DNA of 64,000 nucleotides, taken from positions 1,088,001 to 1,152,000 of the forward strand of contig CBDDFZ010000002.1 in the NCBI GenBank assembly GCA_965227515.1. Direction: 5' to 3'. Below are positions 29,570-38,561 of this stretch, one piece after another; the stretch's first letter is position 1; the number at the start of each line of letters is the position of its first letter. The translations under genes and the position numbers were made by a program. The stretch comes from Alphaproteobacteria bacterium (GTDB lineage Bacteria; Pseudomonadota; Alphaproteobacteria; CALKHQ01). The notes under the pieces were generated by a model that was not told where the DNA came from, made no database searches, and saw only the letters and a list, made by a program, of their open reading frames with translations.

Positions 29570-30352
29570 TTACAGCGTGAAAGCCGCGCGGAACGCCTCC
29601 AGGGCGTCTTCCGGATCGCCCGAGGCATAGCTTTCCAGCGCGATTGGGCCGCTATAGCCCATCGCGTGTAGGGCGCGCGCGACGCCCGGCCAGTTGACCT
29701 CGCCGGTGCCTGGCTCCAGGCGGCCGGGCACGTCGGCGACCTGGATCTCGCCGATCCAGGGCAGGCACCGCCGGCACATCTCGATCAAATTCCCCTCGCC
29801 GATCTGGACATGATAGAGGTCGAGATTGAGGCGCAGCGACGGCCGGTCGATGCTGGAGACGAGCGCCAGTGTGTCCTCGGCCAGCGCGAACGGCACGCCA
29901 GGGTGGTCGACCGGCAGGTTCAGATTCTCCAGCGTGAAGGTGACACCTTCAGCGTCGCCCAGGTCGGCGATCCGCATCAGGGTGTCGCGCGCCTTCAGCC
30001 ACATGGCACCGGTGACGACCTCGCACGGCACCACGGGCAAGCCGCCTTCGCCGAGCCCGGTACCGTGCAGGTTCAGGCGCGCCACGCCCAGGCGCTTACC
30101 CACCGCCGCCGTTTCCTTCGCGGTGGCCAGCATTTCGGCCGCGCCCTCATCGTCGGCAAGTCGGCCGCGCAGATAGCCGTTCATGATCGAGAAGGTGGCG
30201 CCCGACCGTTCCAGCATGTCGAGGTCGTGGTTCGGCCAGTCCCACAGGCCAACTTCGAAGCCCATCTCGGTCAGGCGCTTGACGCGCCATTCGACGGGCC
30301 GGTCGCGCCACAGCATCTCGGCGCATGCGGCAAGTGTGAAAGGTTGGTCCAT
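29570..30352 (-). CDS. Hydroxypyruvate isomerase family TIM-barrel protein
   Basis: LENLN, LDLYHVQIGEG, IQVADVPGRLEPGTGEVN. Confidence 0.85.
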   Translation of the reverse strand: MDQPFTLAACAEMLWRDRPVEWRVKRLTEMGFEVGLWDWPNHDLDMLERSGATFSIMNGYLRGRLADDEGAAEMLATAKETAAVGKRLGVARLNLHGTGLGEGGLPVVPCEVVTGAMWLKARDTLMRIADLGDAEGVTFTLENLNLPVDHPGVPFALAEDTLALVSSIDRPSLRLNLDLYHVQIGEGNLIEMCRRCLPWIGEIQVADVPGRLEPGTGEVNWPGVARALHAMGYSGPIALESYASGDPEDALEAFRAAFTL

Positions 30353-30514
30353 GGTCAGCTCGCGTGGGAAAGACAGTCCTGGTGGGGATCCGCATCTTCC
30401 CCGATGTTGGCGTCCAGGTCAGCCCTGGATTTGCCTCCGGTCCCCCGATCGCTGGTTCTCTCGCGAGTCTTGTGTGGTAAGCGCGTTGGATCGGGGTCAG
30501 CTTACGCTGAATCT

Positions 30515-30592
30515 GCGCCAGCCCTCTCCCCACCCGGCCGCCCACGAAAGTATCCTGCTGGGTGGCCGGGTGGGGGAGAGGGCCGGTGCCGA
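30515..30592. repeat. GCACCGGCCC-type palindromic repeat, copy 1
   Basis: GCCCTCTCCCCACCCGGCCGCCCA...TGGGTGGCCGGGTGGGGGAGAGGGCCGGTGCCGA; second copy at 54741..54823. Confidence 0.8.
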
Positions 30593-30608
30593 CCGAAACG
30601 ATCCCAAT

Positions 30609-31616
30609 CTAGTTATACCAGGCGACCACGGCGCGGGTGCGGCAGCCCATCACGATCGGCACCGCGGTCATGGTGGTGAGGCCGGCGGCGGCCGAGGCGG
30701 CGACGACGGCTGGGTGCTCGCCGGAACCTTGCGACAGGTCGGTGGCAATGGCCGGAATGCCGCTTTGCCAGACATGCGCCAGCGTGCCGTCGCCGGCGCG
30801 GACGATGGCATCGGCATGCATCGCGGCCATGTCGCCGGTCAGCTCGCAGAAACCGTCATCGCAGCGCAGGCCACCGGCGCGGGCGTCGGGCACCCAGCAC
30901 TCGAAGCGGCGCGCGATCGGTGTGCCCAGGGCTGACAGCAAGGTCAGCACCCAGGGGCCGGCATCGTCGCGGCCGCAGGGGATGCCGATACCCCGATTGA
31001 TGCCGACACGGCGCGCATCGTCGCGGCGCAGGAAGCGGTGGGAGCGGCCCAGATCGTCCATCATCACCGGCATCGCGGTCTCCCACACCGTGCCCGGCAG
31101 GCCATAGCCGCGCCGAAACTTGGTCTTGGAGGCGGAGAACGCGAAGGTCTCCGCGGTGCCGAAATAGCCATCGACCAGGCCCATCTCGGCGGACCCGTCC
31201 GGCGTGTGCCACAGCTCGATAGCGCCGACATGCTCGGCATCGTCGCCGCAGAACATCACCAGCACCGCCATGATGAAGGGGCCGGCGAACACCGGCACCG
31301 CGACCGCGCATGTCAGGCCCGCCGCGTCTGCAGCCGCGCCGCGCTTGAAGTACGAGCCGGTTAGGTCCTTCAGCACGATGGGCCGGCCGGATGCCCAGGC
31401 CTTACCGGGCAGGCCCTCGTCGTGGGCGAAGGTCGTGGCCCGGCTGACAGAGGCGAACTCCGTCAGCGGCCCGTAGGCGCCGTCGCCGAACACGAGCCGC
31501 GAGCGGTCGGCGCTCGGCACCCAGATCTCGGTGGCGCGAATGAAGCTGCGGGCGGCTGTTGCGCGGATCGGCGCCGCCGCGCCGTTCCCGTCGGCGTGAA
31601 CTGAGTCCATGAGCAT
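30609..31616 (-). CDS. Stand-alone protein of three tandem GAF-like repeats, no output domain
   Basis: GGAGG RBS; three units of about 110 aa: EIWVP..GLPGKAW..AAGL..AVPV, IELW..GLPGTVW..GIGIP, ECWVP..GTLAHVW..AAGL..AVPI. Confidence 0.8.
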   Translation of the reverse strand: MLMDSVHADGNGAAAPIRATAARSFIRATEIWVPSADRSRLVFGDGAYGPLTEFASVSRATTFAHDEGLPGKAWASGRPIVLKDLTGSYFKRGAAADAAGLTCAVAVPVFAGPFIMAVLVMFCGDDAEHVGAIELWHTPDGSAEMGLVDGYFGTAETFAFSASKTKFRRGYGLPGTVWETAMPVMMDDLGRSHRFLRRDDARRVGINRGIGIPCGRDDAGPWVLTLLSALGTPIARRFECWVPDARAGGLRCDDGFCELTGDMAAMHADAIVRAGDGTLAHVWQSGIPAIATDLSQGSGEHPAVVAASAAAGLTTMTAVPIVMGCRTRAVVAWYN

Positions 31617-31643
31617 GGCATCCTCCCGAAAATCGGCATTCAA

Positions 31644-33083
31644 TCAGGCCGTGCAGGCCGTGCAGGCCAGCGGCATCGTGGCCAGGCGGTTCGCCGGGGC
31701 GGCGGCCGCGCGCATCGCCTCGCCGACCAACAGCAGCACCGGCCGGTCGGTGTGGCGCTCGTAGTCGAGCAGATCCTTCAGGCACATGGACCGGTAGCGC
31801 TCGTCGGCGTGGCTGATGCCTTCGGCGACCACCACGGGCGTATCGCCGGAGCGGCCCGCCAGCATCAGTCGGCGCGCCAAGCGGGGCGCCACCTTGCCGC
31901 CCATATAGATCGCCAGCGTGCCGGTGGGCTCGGCCAGAGCCGCCCAGTCCAGGCCGTCGGGCACCGCATGGTCGCGGGTGAAGCCGGTCATGCAGGTCAC
32001 CGTGCGGGCGTGGTCGCGATGGGTCAGCGAGCGCTTGAGGCCGGCGGCGGCGGCGCTGGCGGCGGTGATGCCCGGCACAACGTCGACAGGGATGCCGGCC
32101 GCTTCCAGTGCGTCGATCTCCTCGCTGGCGCGGCCGAACACCATCGGGTCGCCCGACTTCAGCCGCACGACGCGCAGCCCCTCCCGCGCAAGACCGATCA
32201 TGGTGGCGACGATGTCGTTCTGGCGGCAGCTCGCCGCCCCGCCGCGCTTGCCGACCGCGATGCGCCGCGCCTCGCGCCGACCGAGCTCCAGCACCGAGCC
32301 GTCCACCAGATCGTCGAACAGGATCACGTCGGCCGCCTGCAGGGCGCGCACCGCGCGCAGGGTCATGAGGTCGGCGGCGCCCGGTCCGGCGCCGACCAGG
32401 GTGACGCGGCCCGCGGGCGTTTCGGTCTCCGTCAGATCCTGCTGCAGCACGGCGTCGGGGTCGGCAGGCACCGCCTCGAAGGCGCGGCGCGCAAAGCGGC
32501 GCCAGAAGGTGCGGCGCGCCAGACCGTTCAGCCGTGCGCCGACCGTTGCGCGGATGCGCCCGGCCGCCTCGGCCCAGGCGGCAAGGCCGGCCGGCAGCAT
32601 CGCCTCGATCCGGGCGCGGATTTCCTGGCCCAGCACCGGCGCCGTGCCGGCGGTCGAGATGCCGATCACCACCGGAGAGCGGTTTACGATGGACCCGATC
32701 TCGAAGCTGCACAGATCGGGCTGGTCGATGACGTTCGCCGGCACGCCAATGGCCTTGGCGGCGGCAGCGAAGCGCGCGCCGTCGGCCTCCTCCAGGTCGG
32801 CGATGGCGATGGCGCAGCCGGCGAGGTCGGCTTGCGCCCAGTCGCGGGCATGCACGCTGACCGCGCCGTCCGCCGACAAGGCCGCCATCGCCGGGTCGGC
32901 CGATGTTGCGCAGACCGTCACCTCGGCCCCTGCGGCGGCCAGCAGTTCCGCCTTCCACGCCGCGGCGGCGCTGCCGCCGGCCACCAGGACGCGGCGGCCC
33001 TGCAGGTTCAAGAACACCGGCAGGCGCGACAGCGGCGCCAGCCGGGCGGGCCGGCGCTCAGCCGGCTTCCTTGAGACGGGCAT
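31644..33083 (-). CDS. cysG: Siroheme synthase (precorrin-2 dehydrogenase/chelatase + uroporphyrinogen-III methyltransferase)
   Basis: LPVFLNL..VAGG, LVGAGPG, RLKSGDPMVFGR, VPGITAA. Confidence 0.93.
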   Translation of the reverse strand: MPVSRKPAERRPARLAPLSRLPVFLNLQGRRVLVAGGSAAAAWKAELLAAAGAEVTVCATSADPAMAALSADGAVSVHARDWAQADLAGCAIAIADLEEADGARFAAAAKAIGVPANVIDQPDLCSFEIGSIVNRSPVVIGISTAGTAPVLGQEIRARIEAMLPAGLAAWAEAAGRIRATVGARLNGLARRTFWRRFARRAFEAVPADPDAVLQQDLTETETPAGRVTLVGAGPGAADLMTLRAVRALQAADVILFDDLVDGSVLELGRREARRIAVGKRGGAASCRQNDIVATMIGLAREGLRVVRLKSGDPMVFGRASEEIDALEAAGIPVDVVPGITAASAAAAGLKRSLTHRDHARTVTCMTGFTRDHAVPDGLDWAALAEPTGTLAIYMGGKVAPRLARRLMLAGRSGDTPVVVAEGISHADERYRSMCLKDLLDYERHTDRPVLLLVGEAMRAAAAPANRLATMPLACTACTA

Positions 33084-35739
33084 GGTCGATGATCCTCTGG
33101 ATTTCTGCGCGGCAGGAGCCGCAATTGGTGCCGGCGCGGCAAGCGGCGCCGACTTGCGCCACCGTGGTGCAGCCATCCTTGGTAACGGCGGCGGCGATGG
33201 CGTTGATGCCCACGTACTCGCAGGAGCAGATGATGGCGCCGGGGTCCTCACCGCCGCCGCCGGCACGGCCGGCAAGCAGCGTCTTGCGCCCGGTGGCGTC
33301 GATGGTGTCCGCTCCCAGCCAACGGCAGGCCCACTCCCGCGATACCGAGACCGGGCTGGCCGCGAGAAACAGAAGGGCATGGACACGACCGTCGCGCAGC
33401 ACTGCCAGCCGAGCGGTTCCCCCGTCCTTGTCGGCATATGCCAGGGTCTCGTCGCCAATCCGTGAGGGGCCGAACAGGCGTGCCGCCAGCGTGCCGACGT
33501 CGGGCGCAGAGCCGGTGCCGGCACATTCCAGCCGCCAGCCGCCGTCGGTCCGCGCGAGCGACCAGTAGTCGAGCCCCTGCGGTGTCGGCCGCGCCCGGCA
33601 AACGGCGAACCCGTACCAGCCGGCCTCGAAGCGGGTCAGCGACACCGGCGTCGCCTTGAATTCGGGCTGGCCGGACAACGGGTCGGTCGCGGCACCCACC
33701 ACGGCATCTATGCGCGCGGCGGCGGCAAGGCTGTCGTTCCAGTGCATCGGTACGAAGACGCGCCCGGGCCGCTGCCGGTCGCCGACCAGCACCCGCACCA
33801 CCGCGCGTCCATGCCGGCTGGAGACCACCGCCAGATCAGCGGGGCGGAGCTTGGTTCGCACCGCGTCCTCCGGGCAGATTTCGACGAACGGCTCAGCGAT
33901 ATGGCGCATCAGCCGCGCCGTCTTTGCGGTGCGGGTCATGGTGTGCCACTGGTCGCGCACCCGCCCGGTGTTCAGCACGAACGGCCGGTCGGCGTCGATA
34001 TCGACAGCGGGCGCGCGATATGCGGTCGGCACCATCCGCGCCTTGCCGTCGGGATGGTAGAAGCGGCCATCGGCGAAGAACCGGGTGCGCCCCGACTCCG
34101 CCGCCGGTGCCGGCCACAATACGGGGGCCAGGGCGTCATAGGCGCCGCGATCCAGGCCCGCCAGGGCACCGATCTCCAGGTCGCGGGTTCCGCTATTCTC
34201 CAACGCCGTCAATGCCGCGTGCTCACGGAAGATCGCGTCCGGCCCGTCGTAGGCAAAAGCCGCCCCGTGACCCAGCCGCTGGCCCAGCTCGGCGAGTGTC
34301 CACCAGTCCGGCCGCACCTCGCCCGGCGGGGCGAGAAACGCGCGCTGGCGGGAGATGCGCCGCTCCGAGTTGGTGACGGTGCCGTCCTTTTCGCCCCACG
34401 CGGCGGCCGGCAGCAGCACATGGGCCAGGCGGGCGGTGTCGGTGTCGGCGGTGACGTCCGCCACCGCGACGAACGGACAGGCGGCGAGGGCGGCGCGCAC
34501 CTTGTCGGCCTCCGGCAGGCTGACCACCGGGTTGGTCGCCATGATCAGGATCGCCTTGATCCGTCCGTCGGCGACGGCGTCGAACATCTCCACCGCCTTC
34601 AGCCCGGGCGTGTCGGCGATGGTGGGGGCGCGCCAGAAGCGCTGCACCCGGGCGCGGTCGTCGGGGTTCGCCAGCTCCATGTGGGCGGCGAGCTGGTTGG
34701 CGAGCCCACCGACCTCGCGCCCGCCCATGGCGTTCGGCTGCCCGGTCACCGAGAACGGGCCCATGCCGGGGCGGCCGATGCGCCCGGTCGCCAGATGACA
34801 ATTGAGGATGGCGCTGACCTTGGCGGTGCCCGAGGTCGACTGGTTCACGCCCTGGGAATAGACGGTGACCACCCGTTCGGTCGCCACGAACCAGTCGCAG
34901 AACCGGGCGATATCGGCCGGATCGAGGGCGGTGATGCCAGCCACGTCCCGAACGTCTCGGGCGGTCGCAAGCGCCTCACCCAGCCCCTCGACATGCGCCG
35001 CCGTGAAGGCTGTGTGCACCGCGCCACGGCGGTCGATCTCGGCCAGCAGGTGGGCGAACAGCGCGACATCGGACCCGGGCGCCAGCGCCAGGTGCAGGTC
35101 GGCGATCTCGCAAGTCGCGGTCTCGCGCGGGTCGATCACCACCACCCGCATGCCGGGCCGGGCGGCCTTGGCCGCCGCCAGCCGCTGGTAAAGCACCGGG
35201 TGGCACCAGGCCAGGTTGCTGCCGGCGAGTACGACCAGGTCGGCCAGTTCCAGGTCCTCATACAGGCCCGGCACGGTGTCGGCGCCGAACGCCCGCTTGT
35301 GGCCGGCCACCGAAGAGGCCATGCACAGGCGCGAGTTGGTGTCGATGTTGGCGGCGCCGATGAAGCCCTTCATCAGCTTGTTGGCGACGTAATAGTCCTC
35401 GGTCAGCAACTGTCCGGAGACGTAGAAGGCGACGCTTTCCGGTCCGTGCGCGGCGATGGCGTCGCGGAACGCGGCGGCGGTGCGGTCGAGTGCCGTATCC
35501 CATGTGGCCTGGGCGCCATCCACCACAGGATGCAGCAGCCGGTCCTCCAGGCTCAGGGTCTCGCCGAGCGCGGCCCCCTTCGAGCAGAGCCGGCCGAAAT
35601 TGGCCGGATGGTCGGGGTCGCCGGCGATCTCGACACCGCCATCGGGGCCGGGCGTCGCCAGCACGCCGCACCCGACACCGCAATAGGCGCAGGTGGTGCG
35701 CACCGTCGTCGGCGGCTTGTTGGCCGGTGGCCGGGTCAT
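33058..35739 (-). CDS. nasA: Assimilatory nitrate reductase catalytic subunit (Mo-bisPGD, C-terminal BFD-like Fe-S)
   Basis: TTCAYCGVGCG, NSRLCM, GQPNAMGGRE, TGRVRDQWHTMTRT, C-terminal CSC...GTNCGSC. Confidence 0.96.
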   Translation of the reverse strand: MTRPPANKPPTTVRTTCAYCGVGCGVLATPGPDGGVEIAGDPDHPANFGRLCSKGAALGETLSLEDRLLHPVVDGAQATWDTALDRTAAAFRDAIAAHGPESVAFYVSGQLLTEDYYVANKLMKGFIGAANIDTNSRLCMASSVAGHKRAFGADTVPGLYEDLELADLVVLAGSNLAWCHPVLYQRLAAAKAARPGMRVVVIDPRETATCEIADLHLALAPGSDVALFAHLLAEIDRRGAVHTAFTAAHVEGLGEALATARDVRDVAGITALDPADIARFCDWFVATERVVTVYSQGVNQSTSGTAKVSAILNCHLATGRIGRPGMGPFSVTGQPNAMGGREVGGLANQLAAHMELANPDDRARVQRFWRAPTIADTPGLKAVEMFDAVADGRIKAILIMATNPVVSLPEADKVRAALAACPFVAVADVTADTDTARLAHVLLPAAAWGEKDGTVTNSERRISRQRAFLAPPGEVRPDWWTLAELGQRLGHGAAFAYDGPDAIFREHAALTALENSGTRDLEIGALAGLDRGAYDALAPVLWPAPAAESGRTRFFADGRFYHPDGKARMVPTAYRAPAVDIDADRPFVLNTGRVRDQWHTMTRTAKTARLMRHIAEPFVEICPEDAVRTKLRPADLAVVSSRHGRAVVRVLVGDRQRPGRVFVPMHWNDSLAAAARIDAVVGAATDPLSGQPEFKATPVSLTRFEAGWYGFAVCRARPTPQGLDYWSLARTDGGWRLECAGTGSAPDVGTLAARLFGPSRIGDETLAYADKDGGTARLAVLRDGRVHALLFLAASPVSVSREWACRWLGADTIDATGRKTLLAGRAGGGGEDPGAIICSCEYVGINAIAAAVTKDGCTTVAQVGAACRAGTNCGSCRAEIQRIIDHARLKEAG

Positions 35740-36089
35740 CGCGTGCGCGCCGCCCAGGCCGCCAGGTCGCGGGAATCGATCTGAACCCGCGCGCCATGCA
35801 AGCGCACGTTCAGCGTCGGCACCGTGGCCTCGTCGGGACCCTGCACCCGGCCGTCGCCAAGTCCGATGACCCAGTTGTGCAACGGGCAGGTCACCAGGTC
35901 GCCATGGACGATGCCCTGGCTCAGCGGCCCGCCCTTGTGCGGGCAGCGATCCTCCAGCGCGAACACCTGGTCGTCGGCGGTGCGGAACAGGGCCAGGCAG
36001 CCGGCCGGGGTCTTCACCACCCGGGCACCCTGGGGCGGTATCTCGTCCAGCGCGCCGAGGTCGACCCAGTCATCGACAATCACGTTCAT
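35736..36089 (-). CDS. nirD: Nitrite reductase small Rieske subunit
   Basis: CPHKGGPLSQG, CPLHNW; located between nirB and the nitrate reductase. Confidence 0.93.
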   Translation of the reverse strand: MNVIVDDWVDLGALDEIPPQGARVVKTPAGCLALFRTADDQVFALEDRCPHKGGPLSQGIVHGDLVTCPLHNWVIGLGDGRVQGPDEATVPTLNVRLHGARVQIDSRDLAAWAARTR

Positions 36090-38542
36090 GCCGGCACTCC
36101 TTCGCGTTCCCGCATCTCCAATTCGGCAATCGGCTTGAACTCGTGGGCGTCGCGGCCGGCGGCCCGCTCCGACCAGGGGTCGTGCTGGGAATAGCGCTGC
36201 GAGAGCACGAAGCGGTCATGGAGCGCGCGGCGGCGGTCGGCGTCCTCGACCACCAGCTCGCGGATCGCGTCCATGCCGACCCGGACCAGCCACTTGTAGA
36301 TGCGCTCCAGATAGTGGCCCTGCTCGCGGTAGAGCTGGACCAGGGCGGCGCAGTACTCGATCACCTCGTCCTCGGTGGCGACCTTGCACATCACCTCGGT
36401 CTCGCGGACGTGGAGGCCCGCCGCGCCGCCGATGTGGAGCTCGTAGCCGCTGTCGACGCAGACGACGCCGAAGTCCTTGCAGGTGGCCTCGGCGCAGTTC
36501 CTGGGGCAGCCCGACACGCCCATCTTGACCTTGGCCGGCGTCCACGAGCCCCAGAGGAACTTCTCCATCCGTACGCCAAGCCCGGTGGAGTCCTGGGTAC
36601 CGAAGCGGCACCAGTCGGTGCCGACGCACGTCTTCACGGTCCTGAGTGCCTTGCCGTAGGCGTGTCCGGAAACGAGGCCCGCCTTGCCCAGGTCGCCCCA
36701 GACCGCCGGCAGGTCCTCCTTGCGCACGCCCAACAAGTCGATGCGCTGGCCGCCGGTCACCTTCACGGTCGGGATCGCGAACTTGTCGACCACGTCGGCA
36801 ATGGCGCGCAACTCGTTGGCGGAGGTGACGCCGCCCCACATCCGCGGCACCACAGAGTATGTGCCGTCCTTCTGGATGTTGGCGTGCACCCGCTCGTTGA
36901 TGAAGCGCGACTGGCTGTCGTCGCGGTACTCGCCCGGCCATGTCGCCAGCAGGTAGTAGTTCAGCGCCGGCCGGCACTTGGCGCAGCCGCCCGATGTGGC
37001 CCACTCCAACTCGTGCATGACCGCCGGGATCGACTTCAGCTCCTTGGCGACGATCAGCCGGCGCACGTCGTCGTGGCCAAGCTCGGTGCAGCCGCAGACG
37101 GGTTCCACCGCCGCGGTCACGTAGCCATCGCCCAGCGCGACCGACAGCAGGCCCTCGACCAGGCTGGTGCAGGTGCCGCACGACGACGACGCCTTGGTGT
37201 GGGCGCGCACCTCGGCCAGCGTGGTCAGGCCCTTTTCGGCGATGGCGCCGGTGATGACGCCCTTGCAAACGCCGTTGCAGCCGCAGATCTCCGCATCATC
37301 CGGCAAGGCTGCAACGGCCGCCGTAGGGTCCAGCGGAACCCCTCCGGCGAAACTCTGACCGAAGATCAGGGTATCGCGCATCTCGGAGATGTCGGTGCCA
37401 CGGCGCAATTGGTCGAAGAACCAGGGTCCGTCGGCGGTGTCGCCATAGAGCACGACGCCGAGAATGCGGTCGTCCTGCAACACCAGCCGCTTGTAGATGC
37501 CCGCCGTGGCGTCGCGGAACACGATCTCCTCGCGGTCCGGCGCATCGGCAAAGTCGCCGGCCGAGTAGAGGTTGACGCCGGTGACCTTCAGCTTGGTGGC
37601 GGTGACCGCGCCGGCGAACGCGGCCTCGGTGTCACCGGTCAGGCGGCGGCCGATCACCTTGGCCATCTCATAGAGCGGCGCGACCAGCCCGTAACACATG
37701 CCGTCGTGCTCGACGCACTCACCGACGGCGTAGATGTCCGCGTCGGAGGTCTGCAGGCTGTCGTTGACGACGATGCCGCGATTGACCTCCAGCCCGGCCT
37801 CCTTGGCCAGCGCCGTGTTGGGGCGGATGCCGACCGCCATCACCACGATGTCGGCGGGGATCTCGGTCCCGTCTTCCAGGTGGACCGCCTCGACTTTGCC
37901 GTCGCCGACGATGGCCTGGGTGTTGGACTTGGTGAGGACGGCGATGCCACGCTCGGCAATCGCCTTTTCCAGCAGATAGCCGGCGGAGGGATCGAGCTGG
38001 CGCTCCATCAGCGTCGGCATCAGGTGCACCACGGTCACCTCCATGCCCCGCATGCGCAGGCCCGCCGCCGCCTCCAGGCCGAGCAGGCCGCCGCCGATCA
38101 CGACCGCTCGCCCGCCGCGGCCGGCCGCCTCCAGCATCGCCTCGACATCGTCCAGGTCGCGATAGGTCAGCACGCCCGGCAGGTCGTGGCCCGGCACCGG
38201 CACGATGAACGGATTGGAGCCGGTCGCGATCAGCAGCTTGTCGTAGGGGGCGACAGTGCCGTCCTGGCCGGTGACGGTCTTCGCGTCCCGGTCGATGGCG
38301 ACCACCGGGTTGCCGCGCAGCAGGGTGACCCCATGCTCGGCATACCAGTCATCGCCATGGATGATGATGTCCTCATAGGCCTTCTCGCCGGACAGCACGG
38401 GCGACAGCATGATGCGGTCGTAGTTCACGCGCGGCTCGGCGTTGAAGATGGTGACGTCGACGTCCGCGTCGCGGTCGAACAGGGTCTCCAGCACGCGCCC
38501 CGGCGCCATGCCGTTGCCGATGACAACGAGTTTCTGGGTCAT
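36086..38542 (-). CDS. nirB: NAD(P)H-dependent siroheme nitrite reductase large subunit
   Basis: VIGNGMA, GGGLLGLEAA, HANIQKDGTYSVVPR, KTCVGTDWC, SGCPRNC. Confidence 0.96.
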   Translation of the reverse strand: MTQKLVVIGNGMAPGRVLETLFDRDADVDVTIFNAEPRVNYDRIMLSPVLSGEKAYEDIIIHGDDWYAEHGVTLLRGNPVVAIDRDAKTVTGQDGTVAPYDKLLIATGSNPFIVPVPGHDLPGVLTYRDLDDVEAMLEAAGRGGRAVVIGGGLLGLEAAAGLRMRGMEVTVVHLMPTLMERQLDPSAGYLLEKAIAERGIAVLTKSNTQAIVGDGKVEAVHLEDGTEIPADIVVMAVGIRPNTALAKEAGLEVNRGIVVNDSLQTSDADIYAVGECVEHDGMCYGLVAPLYEMAKVIGRRLTGDTEAAFAGAVTATKLKVTGVNLYSAGDFADAPDREEIVFRDATAGIYKRLVLQDDRILGVVLYGDTADGPWFFDQLRRGTDISEMRDTLIFGQSFAGGVPLDPTAAVAALPDDAEICGCNGVCKGVITGAIAEKGLTTLAEVRAHTKASSSCGTCTSLVEGLLSVALGDGYVTAAVEPVCGCTELGHDDVRRLIVAKELKSIPAVMHELEWATSGGCAKCRPALNYYLLATWPGEYRDDSQSRFINERVHANIQKDGTYSVVPRMWGGVTSANELRAIADVVDKFAIPTVKVTGGQRIDLLGVRKEDLPAVWGDLGKAGLVSGHAYGKALRTVKTCVGTDWCRFGTQDSTGLGVRMEKFLWGSWTPAKVKMGVSGCPRNCAEATCKDFGVVCVDSGYELHIGGAAGLHVRETEVMCKVATEDEVIEYCAALVQLYREQGHYLERIYKWLVRVGMDAIRELVVEDADRRRALHDRFVLSQRYSQHDPWSERAAGRDAHEFKPIAELEMREREGVPA

Positions 38543-38561
38543 CTCGCTGATCCTTTCCACG

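Noticed and set aside
31644-31670. 9-bp tandem repeat (CAGGCCGTG) giving a CxxC-like ACTACTA at the CysG C-terminus
   Set aside because: Most simply a short slippage duplication in a variable tail; nothing supports a metal site
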